From Octopus bimaculoides (Eukaryota), in assembly GCF_001194135.2 (NCBI RefSeq), contig NC_069000.1, forward strand, positions 39,844,497 through 39,897,137: 52,641 nt of DNA. Reading direction: 5' to 3'. The notes beneath the pieces were generated by a model. The model searched no databases. It was not told where the DNA came from and saw only the letters and a list, made by a program, of their open reading frames with translations. The position numbers and the translations under genes are program-made. Numbering within the stretch: the first letter of the stretch is position 1; each line of letters opens with the position of its first letter. Positions 12,349 to 24,066 of the stretch are shown here, piece after piece.

Positions 12349-12415
12349 GGCTTTACATTCTGAGTTCAAGATTCCGTTGAGGTCGACTTTGTCTTTCATA
12401 TTTACTAAAATAAGG
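12349..12415 (+). mobile_element. SINE family A internal fragment
   Basis: ttacattctgagttcaagattccgttgaggtcgactttgtctttcat. Confidence 0.7.
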
Positions 12416-13089
12416 CTGATTTTATACGTTTTAAATCTAATAACAAAGCTATGAAAAATATATATATATAGCCGCAAACTTTATTTGGAAACGAAAATGG
12501 AGACGAAATTTTTCATTTATATCGTTGCGTGTCATTTTGAGAAGTTTTACTTTAATGCATGCTAATGCACTGCAGTATACAATTTGATTACTGCATTTTG
12601 AAAATAACTGCATTTGACCAGCTGAGCCGAAAGCGTTTGCTACATACGTATTTACATCTTAATTTTCGGTTAGTCACCAGAGCAGATGCAAATGCTTCAC
12701 ATTTATTTGCAAAGTTACCACGTGTTTTGAAAGTGAAATATTGCAACCGCCTTCGAACATAACCATGCTCAGAGGAAAAAGACACAACGCTATGGAAAGT
12801 AATCCTGTGTCAGACATTAAACTTGAAATTATTGCGTTATATTACAACCAATACAGAACTGACTTGGAAAGTGGGCGAGGCTTCATTTATTCAATGATAG
12901 AAACTCTGAGGGCAGCGTTAAGGGACACTAACATCAAATTAAAGTAGCATCTACATCAATTATTGTGCCATGTGCTAAGAATTGAACTCCAATAAGTGTT
13001 GTTATAGAGGTTATATTAACGCTTTCGTAGCAAGGTTATTATCAGAAGATAATTCCAGTTCATGTTTCTAATATTATAATCAGAGCTAA

Positions 13090-13555
13090 GGCGACGAGCT
13101 GGGAGAATTGTTATCGCGCCGGAAAAAATGCTCAGCGGCATTTCGTCCGACTTCATGTTCTGAGTTCAAATCGCGCCAGGGTAGACTTTGCCTTTCATCC
13201 TTTCTTATTTCTTTACTGCCCACAAGGGGCTACACACAGAGGGAACAAACAAGGACAGACAAACGGATTAAGTCAATTATATCGACTCCAGTACGTAACT
13301 GGTACTTATTTAGTCGACCCCGAAAGGATGAAAGGCAAAGTCGACCTCGGAGGAATTTGAACTCAGAACGCAGTGGCAGACGAAATACCGCTAAGCATTT
13401 CGCCCGGCGTGCTAACGGTTCTGCCAGCTCACCGCCTTTCATCCTTTCTGTGTCGGTAAATTAAGAACCAGGTAAATATTGGGATCGATGTAATCGAGTT
13501 GCACCCTCCCCCTCACATGCTGGCCGTGTGCCAAAATTTTGAACTAGTATTATAT
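13090..13555 (+). mobile_element. SINE family A outer copy (tail type 1), split by a nested antisense copy
   Basis: Head 13090-13205 resumes at ~13437 with tttcatcctttctgtgtcggtaaattaag...ggccgtgtgcc. Confidence 0.85.
13206..13436 (-). mobile_element. SINE family A inner copy, full length, tail type 2
   Basis: Complete head/core/tail; gcctttcatcctttct duplicated at 13190-13205 and 13434-13449. Confidence 0.9.
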
Positions 13556-13614
13556 TAAAAATTCTTAGACTTTATTCTCAATTAAAACAAAAAATAAAAA
13601 TTAGAAAATTAAAT

Positions 13615-13820
13615 ATGTATGTATGTGCGTACATATGTCTGTGTGCGCACACGTCTGTGTCTATATATATATATTTATACATTTATATTTATGTATGCAT
13701 TTATATTTATATATATATATAAATATATACATATATATATATATACATATATATGTGTGTGTGTGTGTGTTACTATGTATATATGCGTTTATTATGTTTA
13801 TATATGAAGGTATACATACA
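13615..13820. repeat. (TA)/(TG) low-complexity array
   Basis: Direct reading. Confidence 0.9.
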
Positions 13821-14809
13821 TACTAATATAATATAGGAAATCATGTAATGATGTATTGTTGTATTAATAAAATAAGCAGTTAATCTATTTCACATTAATA
13901 TTTTGAATATAAAAACTCATGTTCAAAAAGAGAAGAGCTAGAAACTGAATTTTATAGCAGAATAGATACTGTCTTCAAATTCAGCAGAAAAGTTGCTGTG
14001 TTTACGAGACACAAAAAAAAAAAGACAACTAAATAAACTTAGCTGTGACATTTTAATACACATGTGCGTAAAGAATTGATTCGGAAAACAAAATTCACAA
14101 TTACTGCTCTACTTCTACTGCTACCCTCAAACGAACATAAATGGTAGGAGGGACATTTCTAACATTTGATTCACAAAGATTGAAGATTGGAGTGTGTTTG
14201 GTGATACAACATCCTCCTAAAAAAAATGGCTTGTTATGAATTTGAATGTGGTTTCAAATTAGCAATTATCATTTCGTTTCTGTCTTTTCATTTTTTGTTA
14301 AGAGTGAATTTATCATACACGAAATTTTAATGTGAAATAGATTAAATGCTTGTATTTCTTTTTTTTTTTTTTTTTTAATATGCATTGCAAAGAACTTCTT
14401 TTCCTTTTTATTCTTTTCAATTCAAAATTTTACAATGCTTCGCGCACGCTTTTACGAATAAAATTTAATTATTTCATTAAGAAGTTTTCCGCTCGTAGTT
14501 TTCAATTCAAGGTGATATATTTGAATACAAAAACTTGAAAGATAAATATGTATATAGAGAGTAAGATGGGAACTAATAACAAAGGAATGGGAGGGAGGGA
14601 GAGATTTAGACTGGTAGAAAGAGAGAGAGAGAGAATGAGAAAGAAGAGGGAGAAAGAGAACCTAATCATAAGAGTCAGTAAATAAGAGATAGAGAAATAT
14701 AATGAAGATGAAGCTTCGAAGCGTGACAGGTTCCAAAGACATACAGACATATATAAGGAGAAAGATATTACTATGATAAAATTTCAAGTAGCTGGCGATA
14801 GTTATTCGA

Positions 14810-14853
<44 letters not shown>

Positions 14854-15132
14854 GTTCAGGGTATCGATCAAAATTTCTACGCTTCTTATTTGAATTATAT
14901 ATATATATATATATATACTTTATTTGTGTATTACGGTTACCGTTGGTTTCATGTTAAGTAAGACATCAACAATTATCCAGCCTTAATTGTTGGTGTCTTT
15001 CTTCACATGAAACTAATGGTAACCGTAATACAAAAATAGATTTAAGCCAGTAATGCGGTATTGAGCGCTCATTCACATTGTTCGATATTAATACACAATA
15101 TTGAATACTATAACTGAACACAAAAGAAATAC

Positions 15133-15193
<61 letters not shown>

Positions 15194-15661
15194 GTGTATG
15201 TATATGTGTAGTTAAATGCAAAAGTGTTTGAGTTTTGTATAGACGTGAACAGGAGCTGTAAAGAACATATAATACGAACAAATCTAATAAAATAAAGGAA
15301 AAGATCAGAGGAAAAATATTAAAAAAACGAAAAAGAAATACAAGAATGTGTTGCGGAAGAAATTAATGAATGGAGACCTAATGGACGGGGTAGGTGTGTT
15401 ATGAAAATGCTCTCACCTTCATCAATAAGAAAATATAGAGATAAGAAATCTAACGGAAATTTTTACGGCCAAAATTATTATGGCGATGTTTGAGAAAATA
15501 TTTTTGTTGTATTATGGCGTTTATATATTCATCGGGTTATAATGTTATTAGGTTAAATGGTAAAGAAAAAGCGAGTCCAGTTACAAAGATATCAAAGAAA
15601 ATATAAAGTAATTAAGAATTATCAAGGAAAATATGAAGTAAACAACGTTTCAAAAGGTGAA

Positions 15662-15788
15662 ATGTGTGTGTGTGTGTGTGTGCGTGTGTGTGTGTGTGTG
15701 TGCGCGTGTGTGTGTATTTGTGTGTTTGTGTGTGTGTGTTTGTGTGAGTGTTTGTGTTTGTGTGTGTGTGTGTATTTGTGTGTTTGTG
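15662..15788. repeat. (TG)n into N-gap ~15789-16396
   Basis: Direct reading. Confidence 0.95.
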
Positions 15789-16449
15789 NNNNNNNNNNNN
15801 NNNNNNNNNNNNNNNNNNNNNNNNNNNNNNNNNNNNNNNNNNNNNNNNNNNNNNNNNNNNNNNNNNNNNNNNNNNNNNNNNNNNNNNNNNNNNNNNNNNN
15901 NNNNNNNNNNNNNNNNNNNNNNNNNNNNNNNNNNNNNNNNNNNNNNNNNNNNNNNNNNNNNNNNNNNNNNNNNNNNNNNNNNNNNNNNNNNNNNNNNNNN
16001 NNNNNNNNNNNNNNNNNNNNNNNNNNNNNNNNNNNNNNNNNNNNNNNNNNNNNNNNNNNNNNNNNNNNNNNNNNNNNNNNNNNNNNNNNNNNNNNNNNNN
16101 NNNNNNNNNNNNNNNNNNNNNNNNNNNNNNNNNNNNNNNNNNNNNNNNNNNNNNNNNNNNNNNNNNNNNNNNNNNNNNNNNNNNNNNNNNNNNNNNNNNN
16201 NNNNNNNNNNNNNNNNNNNNNNNNNNNNNNNNNNNNNNNNNNNNNNNNNNNNNNNNNNNNNNNNNNNNNNNNNNNNNNNNNNNNNNNNNNNNNNNNNNNN
16301 NNNNNNNNNNNNNNNNNNNNNNNNNNNNNNNNNNNNNNNNNNNNNNNNNNNNNNNNNNNNNNNNNNNNNNNNNNNNNNNNNNNNNNNNNNNNNNNNTATA
16401 TATGTATGTATGTATGTATATGTATATGCCACCCCGTCCATCTGCCACC

Positions 16450-16643
16450 CTGTCCATCACCGCTTGACAACCGGTGTTGGTGTGTTTACGTCCCCGTAAC
16501 ACTAGTGGTTCGGCAAAAGATACCGATAGAATAAGGCTTACAAAGAATAAAACCTGGAGCCGATTTGTTCGACTGAAACCCCTTCAAGGCGGTCCTCCAG
16601 CATGGCCGCAGTCAAATGACAGAAACAAGTAAAAGAATAAAAG
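16450..16643 (+). mobile_element. SINE family B 3' half
   Basis: cgcttgacaaccggtgttggtgtgtttacgtccccgtaac...ccagcatggccgcagtcaaatgacagaaacaagtaaaagaataaaag. Confidence 0.88.
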
Positions 16644-16744
16644 AAACCTCTGTTCATTACGTGTCCAGTGCGAAGGAATCATAGGGCCGGTTACACGGTC
16701 TCCATGGGGTATAAGCGAACAAGATTACAACCCTACCGCTGATC

Positions 16745-16906
16745 CGGACGCCATCCTGACGCAACGTTGTTCATTTACAAATGACTGTTCTAGAGCAACG
16801 TAAAACGAAATGGTTTGCTCAGGAACACACCGTGCTTCCCGGTTCAGGAATATCAACCACGATTTTGCGAATGTGAGAGCAGCAATCTAACCACCTGGCC
16901 ACGAGC
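16745..16906 (-). mobile_element. SINE family C, degenerate
   Basis: gagcaacgtaaaacgaaatggtttgctcaggaacac...ctaaccacctggccacgagc. Confidence 0.65.
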
Positions 16907-17635
16907 ATATACCAATTAATTACGATTTTTGCTAAAGTAATATAAATGATTAAAAATGCGAGTTAAATGAAGTTGTTATGCCAAAGATAAAGAGAAAGAT
17001 CAGAAAAAAATGAAGTGGTTTTATGCGTTGATTTACAGTATTAAAACGTGAAAGTGTATTTTTGTCTTTTCGTGTTAAAATTAAAACATTAATAAAACCT
17101 TATAAAGAACAGGAAAAGGTGGTGTGAGGGAAAAGGAAGAATTAAAAAAACGTTAGAATTAGATCGAATTAGAAAATAAGAAAAACTATTCTGAATATAA
17201 ATGTAATGAAGTTTAAATAACTCTTTAAATTTTCAGTGTTAGGACGGAGATATGAATGAAAATTGATGGAAAATAAATAAGGGGAGTAAAAAACATAAAT
17301 ATAAATAGATAATTAAACACAAAGGATTTAGAATTTTTAAAGGGACAAAGGTATATAAGGAAGATATATGGATTGAGGTGGACCTTTCTTTCGGAACATA
17401 TAGGAGTATTAAACTAAAATTATGAAATTATTAATAAAGGGCGTGGTAAAATTAAAAGTGGGCAACTCCCATAATGGGGGTGGGGAATGAAATATTAAAT
17501 TGGATTAATTTGAATCAACAATATACACCAGAAATATATGACAGTTTGAATCTTAGTCCACTCCTTTCTGCTTGTAGGTACTTCTCCTTTTCTACATACG
17601 CACATGTATGTGCTATGTACCTCTGTATCTACCTA

Positions 17636-17664
<29 letters not shown>

Positions 17665-17671
<7 letters not shown>

Positions 17672-17815
17672 CTTTTCTCTCCTTGTTTCTTTCTGTGTTC
17701 CTTTCTGTGGAAGAGCGTAGGCTCGAAACGTTAAAGACTTTTTCAATTCCCGAGCGTTATACTAATACATCTGTTTGTTTTCTACACCATTTGTCTTCGT
17801 CTGTTGTTTTTGTTT
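17665..17815 (+). mobile_element. Short dispersed element carrying a hammerhead-like motif, copy 2 (best preserved), between (TA)n arrays
   Basis: Highly similar to the reverse complement of 43765-43925. Confidence 0.85.
17701..17736 (+). ncRNA. Candidate variant minimal type I hammerhead ribozyme
   Basis: CTTT-CTGTGGA-A-GAGC[GTAG]GCTC-GAAA-CGTT-AAAG: 4-bp stem I, 4-bp stem II, GAAA, palindromic AACGTT stem III. Core deviates at position 6 (U) and has one extra A. Confidence 0.5.
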
Positions 17816-17842
17816 ATATATATATAAAGAGACTGTCATACC

Positions 17843-17882
17843 GGCCATGACGAAGGGAAATAGCCCTGAAACTCGAGTCGCC
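17843..17882 (+). ncRNA. Candidate minimal type I hammerhead ribozyme (second family)
   Basis: GGC-C(A)TGACGA-AGGG[AAATAG]CCCT-GAAAC[TCGA]GTC-GCC: GUC cleavage triplet, palindromic ACTCGAGT stem III; outer tatataaag/ctttatata helix. Confidence 0.65.
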
Positions 17883-19177
17883 TTTATATATATATATTTA
17901 TATTTATATATTTATATATTTGATCCTTTATATTGAACACTCAATATTTCATCTACATTCAATACTTTATTTCATGGTGCCATCCATTTTTATTTTATTT
18001 TATATTATATATTGTATATTATATTATATATNNNNNNNNNNNNNNNNNNNNNNNNNNNNNNNNNNNNNNNNNNNNNNNNNNNNNNNNNNNNNNNNNNNNN
18101 NNNNNNNNNNNNNNNNNNNNNNNNNNNNNNNNNNNNNNNNNNNNNNNNNNNNNNNNNNNNNNNNNNNNNNNNNNNNNNNNNNNNNNNNNNNNNNNNNNNN
18201 NNNNNNNNNNNNNNNNNNNNNNNNNNNNNNNNNNNNNNNNNNNNNNNNNNNNNNNNNNNNNNNNNNNNNNNNNNNNNNNNNNNNNNNNNNNNNNNNNNNN
18301 NNNNNNNNNNNNNNNNNNNNNNNNNNNNNNNNNNNNNNNNNNNNNNNNNNNNNNNNNNNNNNNNNNNNNNNNNNNNNNNNNNNNNNNNNNNNNNNNNNNN
18401 NNNNNNNNNNNNNNNNNNNNNNNNNNNNNNNNNNNNNNNNNNNNNNNNNNNNNNNNNNNNNNNNNNNNNNNNNNNNNNNNNNNNNNNNNNNNNNNNNNNN
18501 NNNNNNNNNNNNNNNNNNNNNNNNNNNNNNNNNNNNNNNNNNNNNNNNNNNNNNNNNNNNNNNNNNNNNNNNNNNNNNNNNNNNNNNNNNNNNNNNNNNN
18601 NNNNNNNNNNNNNNNNNNNNNNNNNNNNNNNNNNNNNNNNNNNNNNNNNNNNNNNNNNNNNNNNNNNNNNNNNNNNNNNNNNNNNNNNNNNNNNNNNNNN
18701 NNNNNNNNNNNNNNNNNNNNNNNNNNNNNNNNNNNNNNNNNNNNNNNNNNNNNNNNNNNNNNNNNNNNNNNNNNNNNNNNNNNNNNNNNNNNNNNNNNNN
18801 NNNNNNNNNNNNNNNNNNNNNNNNNNNNNNNNNNNNNNNNNNNNNNNNNNNNNNNNNNNNNNNNNNNNNNNNNNNNNNNNNNNNNNNNNNNNNNNNNNNC
18901 CCCCCCCCCTTCCTCGCTCTGCTTCTCTCTCTTCTTCTTCTTCTTCTCCTTCTCCTTCTTCTCCTTCTCACCCTCTCTCACGCACACTCACTCTTTGAAT
19001 TCTGGAATTTTCTATTGATCATCCCGTAAATACATATTCCTATTTTACATTCTTTCGATTGAGTTAATAGACCGAAACTTTATGCAAATTGTTACGAATT
19101 ATTAAAATTAATATAAAACTACGTATGCGTGTATACCTGATTATTACGTATGTATACATATATACCAGCGAGTGCCT

Positions 19178-19201
19178 CTGTGTGTGTGTGTGTGTGTGTG
19201 T

Positions 19202-19272
<71 letters not shown>
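19178..19272. repeat. (TG)n
   Basis: Direct reading. Confidence 0.95.
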
Positions 19273-19275
<3 letters not shown>

Positions 19276-19429
19276 TTCTATATGTATACTTTTCTGTGTT
19301 TGCAGGTATGCACGTCAAATTAATATTGCATTTAAATTCGTACGCGTTTACGTATGGGTGAATTTTGTTCGTTATATCTCATATATTATAAATGCTGCTT
19401 TATTTTCTGCATATAATATGCCAAATATT

Positions 19430-19680
19430 AATTACCTGGAATTTCCAGACGGAATCTATTGGCATCCTCTTACATTTACAATGTTCCATTTCCTTTCAAT
19501 CACCGCTGATTTGTGGTTTGTGAATGTATCCAAGATTATCCTGGAGCTTAGCTCTATAATCTGTACTCTGGTAGTTCGTATTCTGTAGTTCTTTGTCCGT
19601 ATTCCTACAGAACGTCATTCTGCCGGGAATATAACGGTAATGAAGCATTCAGAATTCTTATTAAACCGTTTGCAATAATG
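19430..19680 (-). mobile_element. Possible ancient CR1/L2-type RT remnant
   Basis: With one frameshift the minus strand reads A-D-D-V-L ... KLQDNLGYIHK ... KCKRM, loosely like FADD...LQxDL...KCKVM. Confidence 0.25.
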
Positions 19681-19761
19681 TTCGATCGAATTTGTTTCAA
19701 GCAAGTTAATCAAATATATTCTTTTGAAGCCATAGGTAAGTTTAATATGATTCACACCTCA

Positions 19762-19905
19762 GGCGTCGAGCTGACGGAATCGTTAGCATGCCGGACAAAA
19801 TGCTTAGTGGCATTTTCGTCCGTCCTTACGTTCTGAATTCACCATCCGCCGAGGTGGACGTTACTTATCATCTCTTTCGGGGTCAATAAGTAGCAGTTGG
19901 GCATT
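19762..19905 (+). mobile_element. SINE family A 5' part
   Basis: ggcgtcgagctgacggaatcgttagcatgccgg...ttacgttctgaattc...tttcggggtcaataag. Confidence 0.8.
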
Positions 19906-20657
19906 GAGGCTTAACCGCCTCCCACAGTGGGGGTGGCCATGTATCAATGTTTCAAGACCAATATGATCCACACCTGACATTTGCAGAGTCTGCTTCCGTA
20001 TTTCGGTGCCAAAACTGTAACTAAATAATTTGGTGATGGTGGTGGTGGTGGTGGTGGTGCTGCTGCTGCTGCTAGTGGTGGTNNNNNNNNNNNNNNNNNN
20101 NNNNNNNNNNNNNNNNNNNNNNNNNNNNNNNNNNNNNNNNNNNNNNNNNNNNNNNNNNNNNNNNNNNNNNNNNNNNNNNNNNNNNNNNNNNNNNNNNNNN
20201 NNNNNNNNNNNNNNNNNNNNNNNNNNNNNNNNNNNNNNNNNNNNNNNNNNNNNNNNNNNNNNNNNNNNNNNNNNNNNNNNNNNNNNNNNNNNNNNNNNNN
20301 NNNNNNNNNNNNNNNNNNNNNNNNNNNNNNNNNNNNNNNNNNNNNNNNNNNNNNNNNNNNNNNNNNNNNNNNNNNNNNNNNNNNNNNNNNNNNNNNNNNN
20401 NNNNNNNNNNNNNNNNNNNNNNNNNNNNNNNNNNNNNNNNNNNNNNNNNNNNNNNNNNNNNNNNNNNNNNNNNNNNNNNNNNNNNNNNNNNNNNNNNNNN
20501 NNNNNNNNNNNNNNNNNNNNNNNNNNNNNNNNNNNNNNNNNNNNNNNNNNNNNNNNNNNNNNNNNNNNNNNNNNNNNNNNNNNNNNNNNNNNNNNNNNNN
20601 NNNNNNNNNNNNNNNNNNNNNNNNNNNNNNNNNNNNNNNNNNNNNNNNNNNNNNNNN

Positions 20658-20705
<48 letters not shown>

Positions 20706-20727
20706 CAAAGAGGATAGATAGACAAAG

Positions 20728-20775
<48 letters not shown>

Positions 20776-20805
20776 CAAAGAAGATAGATAGATAGATAGA
20801 CAAAG

Positions 20806-20871
<66 letters not shown>
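20658..20871. repeat. (AGAT)n with recurring agacaaagaag interruptions
   Basis: Direct reading. Confidence 0.95.
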
Positions 20872-20872
<1 letters not shown>

Positions 20873-22100
20873 CGAGCGTGGAGGAGAGAAGAGGGTGTGT
20901 ATATATGCGTGCTTAGACTGGAAGTAATGGCTTCGGTATATGTATCTCGCTAAAGCGAAAGGAGATTAATCGACAGATTCTGAAGAACCTAGTAAAGGGC
21001 ATTAATTGAAGGCTTTCGATAAATTAGTTTTTATCGATCAAAGAAAAGGGAGACTTCTTTCGCTTTTGCTTTCAATTCTCTTTTTGACTTTTCGCTGAGC
21101 TGTCGTCACGATGCTAATGGTCCCGACGGATTTCGTAGACCTAGCCTAAAGTGATATTAATACTGTGTAGGAAGATCTTAATTAGGACATCATAGAGAGT
21201 CTACAGTGGTTGTAAAATCGAGATAGTTTTAACAATTAAGACCTGATCGAGTTTCTTTCATGTGTTAAAATTAAATTTAGCATCATTCGAATGTAGAAGT
21301 TCCAAGAAAGTTAAATGTAGAACAGAAGCCAAAGTATCTATAATGAACTGTGTATAAGAAGTCGGTCTAAAATGCATTACTTGTTGGAAACGGTAAGTTT
21401 GAAATTGGGATTTTGGTTTTTTTTTTGTTTGTTTGTTTGTTTTTTTCTTAGCAGTGTCTTATATAATCAACCATTCAGTTCTTTGCTGCAATTTTATCAG
21501 CGGTTTTATTGTTTGTGTTCACACATTTTCACTGAAGTAATGATTAGGCTACCTGAAACCGTGTTATAACGCTCGTTTTCCGAATGAGCTCTAATAACAA
21601 AGTTGTACAATGCTAGACGAAACAAATGCGTTGGTTTCAAATTTTAACGCTCCATTCTCGAACAGAATGATAGAATACGAAGAGACTAATACCATTGCTC
21701 TTACTGACTATGACAAAAAGCAAGCAGAAAAATTCGCCTTTTTCTCTGTTGACCACTCACTCGTTTGTTTTGTCTTTCTTGTTGACGATCCCTCCTCAAA
21801 AGACCAAGAAAGCTATTAATTGGCAGCTTTTCCTTCTTTTCTCGCAAAACAAACAGGAGCTTTCACTATTTACATTTGTTAAATAATATCGATTGTTTAC
21901 TATTTATGCTAAGAAATGAAGGAATGCGAAATAAAAGTAAATATGACAAGTATGAATCTAGAGAAAATTATCAATAATCAGTTATATATTACACAAAAAT
22001 TATTCATCGTGGAAAAATAGTAAAGCCTGCTGTGCATGTATTGCGTACATAGACTCTCCGCTCCTTATACATATATATATGTGTGTGTATGTATATACAC

Positions 22101-22157
<57 letters not shown>

Positions 22158-22792
22158 TATATAAATAAGGATAAAATCGTTATTTAAAATACCGTTCCTA
22201 TCAGGTGGCCAGCATGGGAACAAAACCCTCAAAGGTAATAATTATTATTAAAATTATAATTAAGGGTATCTAAGAGATGCCACCATGCTGGAAATAGCAG
22301 TCAAAACTTGACTCTAGAACCACATTAAATGTTCATACAGCACCAGGAGAGAAGGCAAAGAGACAAAATAAACTAGCAAAAAAAAAATTGATTTATATAT
22401 ATTTATATTATTTTATTAATTTAATTTATATGTATATGTGTGTAGAGAGAGAAAGAGTGCGCACGTTTATGTAAGAGTATATACAGATAGATAGATATAT
22501 ATATAAATGTCCATAGATATATATACATATGTATCGTATACATATATATTTACATNNNNNNNNNNTATATATATATATTTATTTATATACGTATGTATGT
22601 ACGTATGTATGTACGTATGTATGTACGTATGTATGTCTCGGCAGTATCAAACTCAGGACGTCTGTGCAAACTACACGTTCTACACGCTAACGAAGTACAC
22701 ACACATACACATCACACGTACATACATACATACATAAATACATACATACATAAATACATACATACATAAATACATACATACACACTCACACG

Positions 22793-22827
<35 letters not shown>

Positions 22828-23647
22828 NNNNNNNNNNNNNNNNNNNNNNNNNNNNNNNNNNNNNNNNNNNNNNNNNNNNNNNNNNNNNNNNNNNNNNNNN
22901 NNNNNNNNNNNNNNNNNNNNNNNNNNNNNNNNNNNNNNNNNNNNNNNNNNNNNNNNNNNNNNNNNNNNNNNNNNNNNNNNNNNNNNNNNNNNNNNNNNNN
23001 NNNNNNNNNNNNNNNNNNNNNNNNNNNNNNNNNNNNNNNNNNNNNNNNNNNNNNNNNNNNNNNNNNNNNNNNNNNNNNNNNNNNNNNNNNNNNNNNNNNN
23101 NNNNNNNNNNNNNNNNNNNNNNNNNNNNNNNNNNNNNNNNNNNNNNNNNNNNNNNNNNNNNNNNNNNNNNNNNNNNNNNNNNNNNNNNNNNNNNNNNNNN
23201 NNNNNNNNNNNNNNNNNNNNNNNNNNNNNNNNNNNNNNNNNNNNNNNNNNNNNNNNNNNNNNNNNNNNNNNNNNNNNNNNNNNNNNNNNNNNNNNNNNNN
23301 NNNNNNNNNNNNNNNNNNNNNNNNNNNNNNNNNNNNNNNNNNNNNNNNNNNNNNNNNNNNNNNNNNNNNNNNNNNNNNNNNNNNNNNNNNNNNNNNNNNN
23401 NNNNNNNNNNNNNNNNNNNNNNNNNNNNNNNNNNNNNNNNNNNNNNNNNNNNNNNNNNNNNNNNNNNNNNNNNNNNNNNNNNNNNNNNNNNNNNNNNNNN
23501 NNNNNNNNNNNNNNNNNNNNNNNNNNNNNNNNNNNNNNNNNNNNNNNNNNNNNNNNNNNNNNNNNNNNNNNNNNNNNNNNNNNNNNNNNNNNNNNNNNNN
23601 NNNNNNNNNNNNNNNNNNNNNNNNNNNNNNNNNNNNNNNNNNNNNNN

Positions 23648-23903
23648 AGACGAAATGCCGCTAAGCATTTCACCCTGCGTGCTAACGACTCTTTTCTACT
23701 CTAGGCACAAGGCCCGAAATTTTGGGGGAGGGGGCCGGTCGATTAGCTCGACCCCAGTACACAACCGGTACTTAATTTATCGACCCCGAAAGGATGAAAG
23801 GCAAAAGGCTACCTCAGCGGAATTTGAACTCAGAACGTAAAGACAGACGAAATACCGCTAAGCATTTCACTCGGTTTACTAACAATTCTGCCAGCTCGCC
23901 GCC
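23648..23903 (-). mobile_element. Two tandem SINE family A copies (partial 23648-23690; full 23691-23903, tail type 1)
   Basis: Two successive gacgaaat(g/a)ccgctaagcatttc heads. Confidence 0.88.
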
Positions 23904-24066
23904 CTGGCATATAAAGTATTGCTAACACGCAGAGTGCATTTGCCAAACCAATCGGCTGTGATGGCGATTCAAACCAGTTCGTTTCAAGACGTAGAAGCTC
24001 CTTTGTAAATTTAAGGAGCAACTGCTCTTCGAACAGCGTTGGTACCTAATAATTGTTCCCTTAGAT

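Noticed and set aside
19172-19588. 138-aa ORF with ~94 non-repeat codons
   Set aside because: Composition looks random and AT-driven, and the opposite strand shows possible LINE remnants.
21610-21819. 69-aa ORF MLDETNALV...
   Set aside because: Short, no recognisable domain, no supporting splice signals.
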